The position numbers and the translations under genes are program-made. Below the pieces are notes generated by a model, which did no database searches, had not been told where the DNA came from, and saw nothing but the letters and a program-made list of their open reading frames with translations. Shown here one piece after another: positions 23,909 through 34,923 of a stretch of DNA of 64,000 nt. Within the stretch, counting starts at the first letter, position 1. Each line of letters begins with the position of its first letter. This DNA comes from Hyaloraphidium curvatum SAG 235-1 (lineage: Eukaryota > Fungi > Monoblepharomycota), in assembly GCA_025558095.1 (NCBI GenBank), contig JAIVFI010000042.1, positions 393,036-457,035 on the forward strand, written 5' to 3'.

Positions 23909-24312
23909 CGTTCCAGGCCGCGGGGGAGGGCTTTGTTTGTTGGCGTCCGGTCGCATCGAGTCCGAGTCACCGACCGATGCGCGCCGGCGTTACCCGCGCC
24001 GAAAAGTCGCCGGACACATGAACACACTCTGGAAGACACTACTGTTGGGTGGAATGGAAGGAGTGCAACATCTCTTCGTCTGCAGCAGATGTGGGATTGA
24101 TTCGAGAAGGTCGCTTCGGACAGTTCGGGAATCATCTTTTGGCTCGTCTGACGGCTGAATCATAAGTGGTCGCAAAGTCGCTCCATCGGCGCAGTGTTCC
24201 GTACCGCCGGCCAGTCAGTCTCCGAAACTCCTGCGCTCCTCGTTCCTCCCATTGCCGATCCGCGATGCTCGGCATCCTGCCCGACCCTGTTCGCCCCGCG
24301 GCCTTCCATCCA

Positions 24313-25415
24313 TCACCAGCACGTCGGGTAGAGCGTCACCTGCACCCCACCGCCCCTCAGTATGCTCCACAGCCCGATCCCCGGCGTGAGCGCGGTCGCC
24401 GCGACGTTCCTCGCCGATCCGGAAGCCCATGAACTTGGCAAAGCAGCCGTCCGAGGCGTCAAAAAGGCCAAGATGAGGCGGTCGTGGTGCGCCGCGATGT
24501 GCTGCGCCGCATCGGATCCGGCCGTGCCCTTGTCGAATTCGCAGCGCGCGCGGCGGAGCAACCCCCGCGCGGATCCGAGCAGCGAGGAGATGACCGACAC
24601 GTGGGTGTTGCTCGCCGCGAACACGACCAGGTCCGCGGCGACGAGAAAGGCGACCAAGGCCGCCGTGGCCAGCGAGACAGCGAGACGGCGGGGAGGCAGT
24701 TCCCAAGGGCGAGCCGCGCCGCGGCGACCACGACGGCGTTCAGCGGGAAGGCGATCGCGAGCGAGGGACCGGAGGTGACGCGCTGGATGCGGGTTCTGGG
24801 CCATGTCCGGCCGAGGGCGTCCTGCAAGAGGAGGTACAGCTCCTCCGGCGGAGGATATGAGGGATAGGCCGAAGCAAGGGTGCGGTAGCGCACGAAGAGG
24901 CCGCGGAGCGCGAGGGTGGAGGCGCGGCGGTGCAACCGCAGGGCGAGCTGGATGGCGACGACGTTGGCACGGGCGCCGGCGAGCACGTTTACAAGGGTGT
25001 ATTCCACGGCCAGGGCAGCGAAAGCAGTGCAGAGCGCTGCGGCCCAGGGGGAGTTCCAGGTGATGGATGCGTAGGCAACGGAGGGCATTGAGAGGTAGAT
25101 TGTGAAGTAGAAAGGAGCGAAACGCAGGCGTGCACAACGGCCTCCGCACGCGCAGCGCGGCCCCTCGACGGAGCAGCCTCCCTGCACACCGGGGCTCGGC
25201 ACATGGGCACAGAGAATCGGAGGCATCATGGAAAAGAAGCAACGACCCGGGCTCCATTGAACGAAGCTGGTAGTTACGGGCAAACACGGCCAGCGGGTGT
25301 GCCGACAGGTCCGCCGGCGAGCCGAAGCGGCGCGTGTACACTTGGCCAAAGAATATGACCACAAAGGCGGTCATGAACACGTGAAGCAGGGTGACGAAGG
25401 TGGAGACGGCGAGCG
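24313..25415 (-). pseudogene. 7-TM gustatory-receptor-like protein, copy 3 (5' truncated, several frameshifts)
   Basis: LAVSTFVTLLHVFMTAFVVIFFGQVYTRRFGSP...GIGLWSILRGGGVQVTLYPTC spread over three frames; closest to copy 2. Confidence 0.85.
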
Positions 25416-26739
25416 GCGGCCCGGGGACCCGCTCGCGGCGACGACCGGTGGTCGCGCGAGGCAGCCGGTCCGACCGAGGGCAACGGCCGTCCGGAGCCTT
25501 CCCATGAACGGGGGAGCTTTCCCTGCGCCAATCTGCCGCAAGATGCGGGCCCGATGGCCGGCTCCCGGAGGCGCTCCGGAGAAGGCGGCGGGGACGGAGG
25601 GATGGCGCCGCGTCCGGGGCCGACGACCGGGATTCAGTCGGTTCCCGCTTTCTTTGCGATGAGGAAGCTCCCGTTTCCGCGTCCGGATCCCTCGGGCGCG
25701 GTCCGCGGAGCCCGCGGGGGGATCGGCGGCCAATCGCAAGACTGTCCGGCGCAACGGTCGACGGGCGCGCCCCGGGATCGACATGGAGGCCCGAGATGTT
25801 GCTATGGATCGAAGATGCGGTCGAGTGCGGCGTCTTCCCTGGTGTCGTGGGGGGCCGCGAGGTGGGGGAGGCAAAGCAGCTGTCACCCCGCGTTCGACCG
25901 CCGCCGTGGGAGCGGAACAGTACATCGCGCCCGCGGAGCCGCCGGATCGGCATCAAAGACGGGCGAGGGCGGACCGGGTGCGGCACGGCGTCATTGGCGG
26001 TCGCGCGGAGGATCGGGCGCGGCGGTGGCGGGCGCTTGCCGTACGGAGACCGTTCTCACGTGCCATCCGCGGCCGGGTGCGCTCCCGGAGGAGGATTCCG
26101 TCCGATCGGAGGCCAATCACACGTATCCATCCCACCGCAGCCTGTTCGCTCCGCCGCTTGTGCCGCTGCGGGCGCATCCTAGGTGGGCCCGCGACGATCT
26201 TCGGGGCCAGGCTATTCGGGGCTTGGGCCGGGCCAGCTTTGCCGACAAAGGGCCCAGCAAGCGCACCACCACCCCGCACGCACCAGGTGAGCAGCGCACC
26301 GCCGCAACGGGCGGGCGCAGCGCGGGCGCGACAGGAGGCTGCCGGCGGCGGCGCGCGGCGCGGGGCCGGGGGCGCCGAGCGCGGGCCGGGAGACAGTCAG
26401 CCGGGGGCCATCCCCCGCGCGGGCAACCCCGCCGCGCCAACCCGCGCGCAGCGCCATCGCGTCTATTGCCGCCAGAAAGGGGCATCGGCCGGCGGCGCGG
26501 ATGGCGGCGGGGCGCGGGCACCGGCGGGCGGCCGCGGGCGGGTGCCGGGAACCCGGTGCCGCCGGCGGATGCGCGCACCAACCCGCCCTGCCCGCGCTTC
26601 CAACGGCCGCGGGACGCCTCTCCGTCCTTTTGCCGACCGCGCGCGCACGGTGCTGACGCTCCCGCCCCGCTCCCGCCCCCCCGCGCCCGTTTGTTTCTTT
26701 TCCAGCTCTCCCTCCCCGCAACACCACCCGGCATCCGAA

Positions 26740-27125
26740 ATGGGCGGCGTCATTTCGTGCGACAAGCTCTGCGGCGGTGACCCCGACCCGAGTGGGTTCC
26801 GCGCCGTCCCGCGTGCTGCCGACCCGGATCACCGTCTGACACATGCCTTCCCCAACCCCCATCGACGCCCCCTCGCCCCTCCTTCCCCCCTCGTCCACCC
26901 TCCCTCCCTCCCCCTCCCCTCTTCCGCCCGCCAGAATCCAACCCCGGCCCCAAGGGCTACGCCGGCCCCGGCTCGTACCTCCCCCAGGGCGGCGCCGACG
27001 TCTCCGACCCCGAGATCGAGCGGCAGGAGGCCCAGCGCGCCCTCGAGGCCGCGGCCAAGGTCGCGCAGGAGCAGGGCAGCCTGGCCCACGGCACGACGCA
27101 GAGGGTCACCGCCACCGGCGCCTAG
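26740..27125 (+). CDS. 80-aa predicted N-myristoylated/palmitoylated microprotein (2 exons)
   Basis: Exons 26740-26791 and 26935-27125 with a GTGGG..CCAG intron give MGGVISCDKLCGGDPDPKSNPGPKGYAGPGSYLPQGGADVSDPEIERQEAQRALEAAAKVAQEQGSLAHGTTQRVTATGA; high GC3. Confidence 0.65.
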
Positions 27126-28004
27126 ATGCCGGTGCGGGAAAGGGCGATCGGTGGGCCCGCCGGGGCGAGGGCGGACTAAATGGAGCCCGGGCGGACGCCG
27201 GTCGCCGCGTTCTATTGGCCACGGATCAGCGGGGCCGTTTCTTAAGGAGGAGATGGGATGTAACTTCGTCGAGAACGACATAATGTTTCGAGCATCTCTC
27301 TGCCGACGCAAGTCGGGGTCCATCCGGTCCATCCATGCCATCCAATCCGCCCGGTGAGCCTGGACGACGCGTCGAATAGTCTGCTGGCAGCACACAGGAG
27401 GTGCGCGGGGTCCGAGGGATCTGGAGAGCGGGCGGCGGGGTCCCCCCTTTTGCTCGCTTTCCTCGGCCGCCCGGCACATCACCTTCCCCGGCCGCCAGCC
27501 CCATCCATCCCGCATCCAGCACCCCATCCAACCCAATCCCCACCCCATCCCGCCCTCCCTGCCCCGATTCGCCCCGCGATCTCGCCGGATGGCCTCGCGC
27601 TGCCCCCGCCGATGGTGGCTGTGGAGGTCCCCCGCAGGGGACAGGGGACCCCGTCAAAACCGGGGCGGAGCAAACCGCCAAATCCCAACCGCAATTGCCA
27701 ACGCACCGCGGACACCGGGGAGGAGCAGGCAGCCCAGCGTGCGTATCCGAGGGAGGATTGGGAGGCAGAGGGAGAGCTGACGCCGCTTTGCGCCGCCCGG
27801 CAGACGCGGAGCCGCGCACCGACGACGACGCCGACCCCGCGCGACGGACCGCCCCTTCCCGGCGCCCAGCGAGCAGCGGTTCCCCCGGCACCCCACCGGG
27901 CCCTCCGACATCTCCGCCGCGCGTCTCCCGCCCCCGCCCGCCCGTGGCTCGCTTTGCCCGGAAGCGGCGCACCGAAGTAGCCTCCCCACCGCGCGCCCCT
28001 GAAC

Positions 28005-29497
28005 ATGGCCCGCCCCGCACTCCTCGCCGCCGCCCTCGCGGCGCTGCTCGTCCCCGCGAGGGCGTTCGTCGACTACAGCTTCCCCAACGAGACCTTCACC
28101 TACCGCGGCAGGCAGTGGACGGTGCCGGTGCAGCCGCGGACGCCCGGGTACTTTGGTGCGCCTACCCTCCCGCCCGAGGTCTCCCCGGGCAAAGCCGGTG
28201 CATGGAGCTGACCGCCGCATTCGTTTGCAGACTGGGACACGGTCGCCGGGTGCGTCGACTACTCGGGCGCGTACCACTACAACTGCCCCGGCGCGCGCAA
28301 GATCACCCTGTCGCTCGACGACGGCCCCGCGTGCGTGCCCCTTGCCCGCCCCCCACCCCCCGCAGCATTGTGCTCACCCCGCTCCCGTCTCGCTGTAGCC
28401 CGCTGACGGCCCGCGTGCTCGACATCCTCAGGGAGAACGACGCCAAGGCCACCTTCTGCCTCATGGGGATCAAGATGACGCCCGAGACGGAGGCGCTGGT
28501 CCGGCGCATGGCGGACGAGGGACACGACCTCTGCGTGCGTCCCCCGCGCGCACTCCCGCACCCCGGGCCGCGGCCTGACCCGCGTCCCCCGGCCGCAGAT
28601 CCACACCGAGAACCACCTCCACCTGACGCAGCTCTCGACGCAGAGCATCATCGACGAGATCACCTGGGTCATGGACAAGTTCAAGGCCATCCTGGGCGTT
28701 ACCCCGCGCTACTTCCGGCCGCCGTTCGGGGAGAGCGACATGCGCGTCAGGGCCGTGGTGGAGCAGCTCAACCTGACCATGTTCCTCTGGGTGGGTCTCG
28801 CGACGGGGGCGCCGTCCGTCCGCGGGAGGTGCTGACGGTCCCCCCCTCCGCCCCCGGTGCGCAGAACCTCGACAGCTGGGACTGGAAGCAGAACTCGACC
28901 GAGTCGGTCGAACGGCTCCGCGGCGCCATGGCAACCACCGGCACCTGGCAGTGGGCCAACCCCGCTGGCGAATCGTACGAGGTCCTCGCCCACGACATAC
29001 ACCGCGTCACCGTCGAGGAGTTTGTCCCCGCGGTCGTGCGCGAGGCCCGCGCCCAGGGCTGGCGGATGGTCGGGCCCTCGGACGCCACCTGCACGGGCAA
29101 GACGCGGTGGATCGAGGGCGGGGAGGATGTCTACGCGCGCGAGAAGGGGAGGGCGAGGGGGCTGGCGGCCGCCAACATCCAGAGCCTGCTGGTGCCGCTC
29201 GACTACGAGCAGCAGGGCGCCGCGCCGCCGCCCGAGGCGAGCAACTTTGGCAAGCCGTCGACGTCGACCTCCTCCACCACCGCCGTCGCCACCCCGGCCA
29301 TGACCCCGGTCCCGGCACGGCCGACGGGGGCGGCGGTGGACGACAACGTGGCCAACGACGCGGCGCCCAAGACCGCCACCGCGGGCAGGCCGACGCAGGT
29401 GGCCGAGCCCTCGGTCCCGGCTTCGGCGGGCAGGGCGGCGGCTGCCGGCGCCGGCATCGTCGCGGCGCTCGCGGGCGTCGTCGCGGCGCTGGTCTGA
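28005..29497 (+). CDS. Secreted, probably GPI-anchored CE4 polysaccharide (chitin) deacetylase, multi-exon
   Basis: Signal peptide; NodB motifs TLSLDDGP, ATFC, HTENH, RYFRPPFG, DSWDW, LAHDIH; Ser/Thr-rich stalk and hydrophobic C-terminus. Confidence 0.9.
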
Positions 29498-29773
29498 TCG
29501 GACTCGGGGAAGTTGGCTGGGTGGGGACGCATGGGGACGGCGGGCGCTGGTGTACAGCGGATGGAGGCGGATGGAGGGGAAGGGAGACCCGCATCTACTA
29601 GATTAGCACTCGCGAAATGCCGTTGTATGATTTTGGGGGAAGAACATGCTGTGCTTGCAACCTCGTTTCGGCTGGAGGTTGCTTTTGTCCGAGCTTTGGC
29701 CGTGGTGACTCCCCTGACTACTTCGGACAGCCACCACTGCTGCAGCTGCATCGTGCCAATCGAGTCCAACGAG

Positions 29774-30671
29774 ATGGCAGCCTCACAGGAATCCACGATC
29801 CAGCGCATCGAGCAGTTCTGCGAGGAGAAGCGCATCCCGACGGACGGCATCCTGGCCATGACGGTGCAGCGCAATCGCATGACTTCGTTCTTCTCCATCA
29901 TCGTCGACTTTGCCGGCGGCAAGCTGCTCCCTCTGTACCCCGCCGAAGCGCTTTCGCGATACTCCGAAATCGTCGTTCCGGACGACAAGCGCGGCCCGGA
30001 CTTCCTGGTGTGCTACCTCGCCGGCCTCGCCCCGATCCCCAACCAACCCCCCGTCGAAGCCAACACGATGGCCTACGAGCATCCCCCCTTCTGCTGCCGC
30101 TCGATCGCGCCCTACAAGCCGCGGCCGCTCCACACCGAGCAGCCCTTCCGCGATCTGGCCGCGGGATCGGGCGGGCACCACCCCACCCTGGTCTTCGAGG
30201 TCAAGCGGCAGGTCGACGACGGGCCCCTTGTCTCGACGAGGTACTACCAGCTCATCGGCGTCGGGCTCGTGGAGAGGACGGACGGGCCGTTCGTGGACAA
30301 GGCGCACGCCTTCAAGAACTACAAGTGCTCGCGGTACGGGCTCTTTTTCGGCGTCGACCTGTTCAGGGCGCCCGAGGCGGCGGCGCGGGCCAACTACCAC
30401 CACATGCGGCTCAACCCGTTCGAGCATCGGAACGCCGCGGTCGAGGACGAGTGCTTTGTGGCCGCCGGCGTGTGATCCAGTTTTCGTCCGACGACTAGTG
30501 TCCGAACGGACGGATGATGATGGAGTGAGGCTGGATGGAACGCCGGCGGGGGAGAAGGGACACCCTTATCTACCAGAATGGCACTCGCGGATGGCCGATA
30601 TGTATCATTTTGGGGGGCGCAAATGCAAATGCTCTGCATGCTCGAGATTGTTGGAGTGTCGGTTCCGCTGA
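29774..30671 (+). CDS. Hypothetical intronless protein (233 aa to the TGA at 30475; likely continues by frameshift into a Cys-rich tail ending at 30671)
   Basis: Strong codon bias from MAASQESTIQRIEQF. An alternative frame continues ...KGHPYLPEWHSRMADMYHFGGRKCKCSAC, and a decayed copy of that tail lies at 29579-29665. Confidence 0.6.
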
Positions 30672-30766
30672 CGCATCGGTCCGACGGCGACGGTCACGAG
30701 GCGCAACCCCCTTCATTTGCCCTTCCGTCATCCGCCTGTTCCCTTCGAAATCCGCACCACAGCAAG

Positions 30767-31653
30767 ATGTCAGTCCGCGGCTCCGCGCGCTCCCCGTCGC
30801 CCGCGCGCCTCCGCCGGGACTGGTCCGCCCCACGCGGCCGTGACCGCGCGCCTCCGCCCCCGCACGGCTTCGACGACGGCCACGACACGCTGCGATCGCT
30901 GTGGAGGGAGAAGCGCTATCTGAGGTGGACAATTCCTTCGCCGCGGGGAACCCGGGGGCTGATGTGGGACGGGGTGCAGGGACCAGCTGGCGGTGGCCGA
31001 CGACGAGGTCGACCGCAAGGAGGCCGTGATCATCCGCCTGCTACGCCAGGGCACGGAGCTCAAGGAGCAAGGCGCCGACCTGGAGCTTCACGTGCAGACG
31101 GAGAGGGGCGAGAAGAAGGCGCTTTGGGAGAAGGTTGGCAAGCTGGGGAGACGGGTCAAGGAGTTGGAGCGGGAGGTGGGCGGTTCCGAGTGATCGGCAC
31201 GGAGGAATCAGCTAATCCGTGGCGCTCAATTCTCACGATGGCCCACAGCTGGACGAGGCGAAGGCCGGACAGGACGAAGACGACGACTGCCGCATCATCA
31301 AGCCGCTCCCCTATCCCCTCCCCGATCGCGACGAAGATCGCGACACCGCCATGGCCATCGAGCGCTCTCTGCAAGACCACGTCGCCGCCCAGGCGTCCCA
31401 CATCAAGGTGCTGGAGGACCGCGAGGCCGAGCACGTCGGGCGCATCGCGGACCTCGAGTTGCAGGTTGCCGCCGTGCGCGCGGAGAAGAATGCCAAGGTC
31501 GCCAGGCTGCGCGAGATCATCGCGGTGATGGACGTCAAGGACGGGGCCGGCGTGGAGGAGGTCTGGGAGCCGGAGCCGGAGCCAAACGACGAGGAGGTGC
31601 TGGAGGATGCGGAGAATTGGATCCAGGTTGACGGGAACGGGGAGCAGGCGTAG
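30767..31653 (+). CDS. Coiled-coil hypothetical protein (3 exons)
   Basis: Exons MSVRGSARSP..., DQLAVADDEVDRKE...KELERE, LDEAKAG...RIADLELQVAAVRAEK joined by GT-AG introns. Confidence 0.6.
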
Positions 31654-31961
31654 GCTTGCATGGGGATGGCTCCGACCGCTACGAATTTGATGCGATTGGA
31701 TGGCGTAGGAACATCGTTCGTGCTGTTATCTTGAGCAACATGGGGACACGCGGGCTTCGCGTTACGAGTCGACGCACACCCGGAGCACCATGCCCCCTGA
31801 GGCGGCGCTCTCTTCCGGCATTTTTCCGCGCGGACGGCGGGTTTCCGCGGGCGTACGGTGGCGGGCGCGGGGCCATGGGTGCGGGCCGACGACGTGCCCC
31901 CGGACCGCCGCCACGGCTCTTCCCCGCGCCTTCCCTTGGCTGGCTTGCCTCGGATCGGGCT

Positions 31962-32240
31962 TTACCCACTCCAAGCGCCTGCCGTCCGCGCGGACCACGG
32001 GGTTGGCCGGCGTCGGGACGGTCTCGGGACGTGATCATCCCGCGGGCCCGCGGCGGCGCCCTTCCTGATGTACGTTAACTTGTAGCCCGTCGTGAGCGCG
32101 TCGCGCAGGACCTCGGCGAACGGGTGCGCGGGGAACGTGCAGGCGTCGTCGTGCCGCACCCAAGAGGCCTGTGTCCGCCTTGCGCACGTCGGCAACGTAG
32201 TGCCCTGCGCCGTTGGGACCCTGGTGCTGGAAGACGCTGC
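31962..32240 (-). pseudogene. 3' fragment of a ubiquitin-specific protease (peptidase C19 His box)
   Basis: VFQHQGPNGAGHYVADVRK, frameshift, WVRHDD...EVLRDALTTGYKLTYIR; no Cys box upstream. Confidence 0.6.
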
Positions 32241-32333
32241 GGGGCGGCGGCGCGATCGGACACGCGGTCAGCAGCGACCAGCTCGGACGTTTTCCGCCCA
32301 GTGGCCCGAAGCCCACCGCGACTTCCGTCGAAG

Positions 32334-32666
32334 GACCAGCCGGACCTCGTCTTTGGGTACAACGCCGGCCTGCTGAGCTACCCCGGCTGGGCCAACGTGC
32401 TCATGCAGGCCGCCGTCTTGCGCATCCCGTTCGCGTGCACCGAGTACACCGAGCAGTCGCTCGACACGCAGATGGTGCTGGTGCGGGCAGTGCTCGAGCG
32501 GGCCAGAATGTTCGCGGGGGATCGGGCGCCGCGGGAGGCGGACGTGCGGATGGGGATCAACCCGTTCAGGGACCCGGGGCAGAGGCGGATCCCGGCGTTC
32601 AAGGTGCCCAACTTCAACAACGGGTTCCTGATGACCATGTATAGGGGTGAGGTCGCCGAGCCGTAG
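32334..32666 (+). pseudogene. 3' fragment of an MSS51/ZMYND15-like C-terminal domain
   Basis: PDLVFGYNAGLLSYPGW...PFACTEYTE...NPFRDPG...NNGF pattern; no upstream exons visible. Confidence 0.6.
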
Positions 32667-32886
32667 GCCAGCAGTGCATGGGGTTGATGGGGAGGAAGAG
32701 CCTGAGCTATAACCGGTGCCAGCTCGAAAGTAGTTTCGTCGATACACTATACCCGTGATGCCGCGATTCTCGGCTATCTGGTGTCCGACAGCGGGATGGT
32801 CGCGAGGGGACGACGGCGAATTTGCCCCCGGCCCGCTTCGACGCCACATCGACTCCACGAAACTCTCCCTTGTACACTCCTCCGCG

Positions 32887-34026
32887 ATGCCCCTGCCCGT
32901 GGTCGACTTCGCCGGCTTTGGCGACGGCGCCGAGGTTGATTCCCGCGTCGCCTCCGAGATCTTCTCAGCGCTGTCGGCGTCGGGGTTCATGGTGGCCAAG
33001 AACCTCTTTCCTCCCTCGTTCGCGCCGCTGCTCGCCGCGGCGTTCGACCGCTCCGCCGCCTTTTTCGCGCGCGACGGCGAGTACAAACGCCGCTTCTCGG
33101 ACGCCCACGTGCGGCGACCCCGTCGCAGCGCTACACATTGGGGATTCACTGCGTTCGGCCAGGAGCGCTTCGAAGCCGGCAAGGTCGACCAGAAGGAGGT
33201 GCTCGACCTGTGCAAGGACCTGCTGCACCGCGGCTCCCACCCGGACGAGCTGGCCGGCCAGGACGCAGACTGGGCGACCTTCGAGACCTTCCTGCGGGCT
33301 TGCCACGATGCTTCCCTGCGGCTGTACTCCGCCATCGCCCTCTCCCTCGGCCTGCCCCGCGACCACTTTGACGCCTGGCACAAGTGGTCGCTCCCAGCCG
33401 CCGGAGAGGAGCTCCGCTTCCTGCACTACCCGCCGCAGCCGCCCTCCCGCAACGAGCCCGAAGGCCAAATCCGCGCCGGCGCCCACACGGACTACGGCTC
33501 GGCCACGCTGCTGTTCCAAAAGGACGTCGGCGGGTTGCAGGTGCTCCACCCGCAGCGCGGCTGGACCGACGTGCCGGTGCTCGCGAAGCCCGGCGAGGAG
33601 CACCTCTACACCGTGGTCAACACCGCCGACCTGATGGAATGGTGGACCAACGGGCTCTACCCCAGCACGGCACACAGGGTTGCGATGCCGAGGAACGAGG
33701 GCGAGTCCGCCGCACGGTACTCGATCGCGTACTTCTGCCACGCCAACGACCCCGTGCCTCTGGACCCCATCGCGGCGTCGCCGGTGGTCAGGGAGCGCAC
33801 GGGACTACATCGTATTCGGGGGAGTGGGGACAAATACGTCCCGGGTGAGTGGGAGGGAGCGATCCCGCGGCTCAAGGGGATCGAGGGGCACGTGGCGTGG
33901 AACCCCGAGGGCGGGGAGGACGAACGCGCGGCCGCCGGGGACGCCGAGGGATGGCTGCTGCGCCGGATGGGGTTCACGCGCTCGTGGAAGTACGAGAATC
34001 GGCAGGAGGAGAGGGCGAGGATGTGA
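32887..34026 (+). CDS. 2-oxoglutarate/Fe(II) oxygenase, isopenicillin-N-synthase-like family
   Basis: LPVVDF, GF, LRFLHYP, HTDYG (HxD), GGLQV, HRV, RYS motifs. Confidence 0.92.
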   Translation: MPLPVVDFAGFGDGAEVDSRVASEIFSALSASGFMVAKNLFPPSFAPLLAAAFDRSAAFFARDGEYKRRFSDAHVRRPRRSATHWGFTAFGQERFEAGKVDQKEVLDLCKDLLHRGSHPDELAGQDADWATFETFLRACHDASLRLYSAIALSLGLPRDHFDAWHKWSLPAAGEELRFLHYPPQPPSRNEPEGQIRAGAHTDYGSATLLFQKDVGGLQVLHPQRGWTDVPVLAKPGEEHLYTVVNTADLMEWWTNGLYPSTAHRVAMPRNEGESAARYSIAYFCHANDPVPLDPIAASPVVRERTGLHRIRGSGDKYVPGEWEGAIPRLKGIEGHVAWNPEGGEDERAAAGDAEGWLLRRMGFTRSWKYENRQEERARM

Positions 34027-34201
34027 GGCGCGGCGATCAAGGAAAGGAGTGGAAGAGGTACGGGAGCTTCGTCGTGCAGGAGCCATCAGCACTGATAGAT
34101 AACGTAAGGCGATGCCTCGTGCTTTCATCAATCAGCCTGAGGATCGAGTGAGGAGTGTTCGCGGACGAGCGACCCACCTCCCACAGCTCCGTTCCCGCAA
34201 G

Positions 34202-34900
34202 ATGTCCTCCCGCGTCCTCATCATAATGGAATCGCTCGCGGCGCAGCACTGGTTGCGCACGCTGCTCCGCCTGTGCCTCGCGTGCCGGGCATGCTACACA
34301 GCCGGCTTGCCGCTGCTCCTGCGGCGCGTGGACGTGGACGCGGGCAACCTCGAAAAGGTCATCGCGCGGTTCGAGGGAGAGAGGACGGAGGGATTGCGGT
34401 TCGGAGACGGTGCGGGGGCGCGGGAATCTCGTTTTCGGAGGTCGCGGTCCGCTTCGCGTCGGCGAACATGGCTTCGCTGCTCCGCTTCCTCGTGCCCAAG
34501 TTCCGTGGCCTGCAATCGTTCGAGCTGGATCTGTCGGGACGTTGGCCCTGCAGCTTCGGCTCATCGCCCGTCAACGAGGCCCAATCGGCTTCCCTCGCCG
34601 TCCGACTCGGGGGCAACATCGCCACCTTCGCAACCCCTGTCTGGATTGCGCTCGGCCTCCTGCATGCCTCCCTTTCGTGGCCTGGAAGCGGGCGTCTGGT
34701 CATTTGTGCCCACAATTCCGCCCTGTACGCGAGCCGGGCCGAGCTCGTCCGCTCCGAGCAAGTCGTAAGCTGGCCCAACGCGCCCGCCTTTTTGGGCTCC
34801 GGCGGGAAGAGCGCCTGGGAAGCTGAAATCCGCGTCCTCGAAGACCACAGCGCCACCGGGGGAATGAGCTTGGAGGAGCAGCGGGAGTACTGGGTTCTCC
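34202..34900 (+). pseudogene. Degenerate F-box-like gene related to 16135-17241
   Basis: IIMESLAAQHWLRTLLRLCLACRACYTAGLPLLL resembles HIMGLLRNRGWNATLLRLMLVQKRFFVIGLRIVL; frame change near 34420. End approximate. Confidence 0.45.
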
Positions 34901-34923
34901 CCGGGCGTGGCGCTGCGGTGGTT

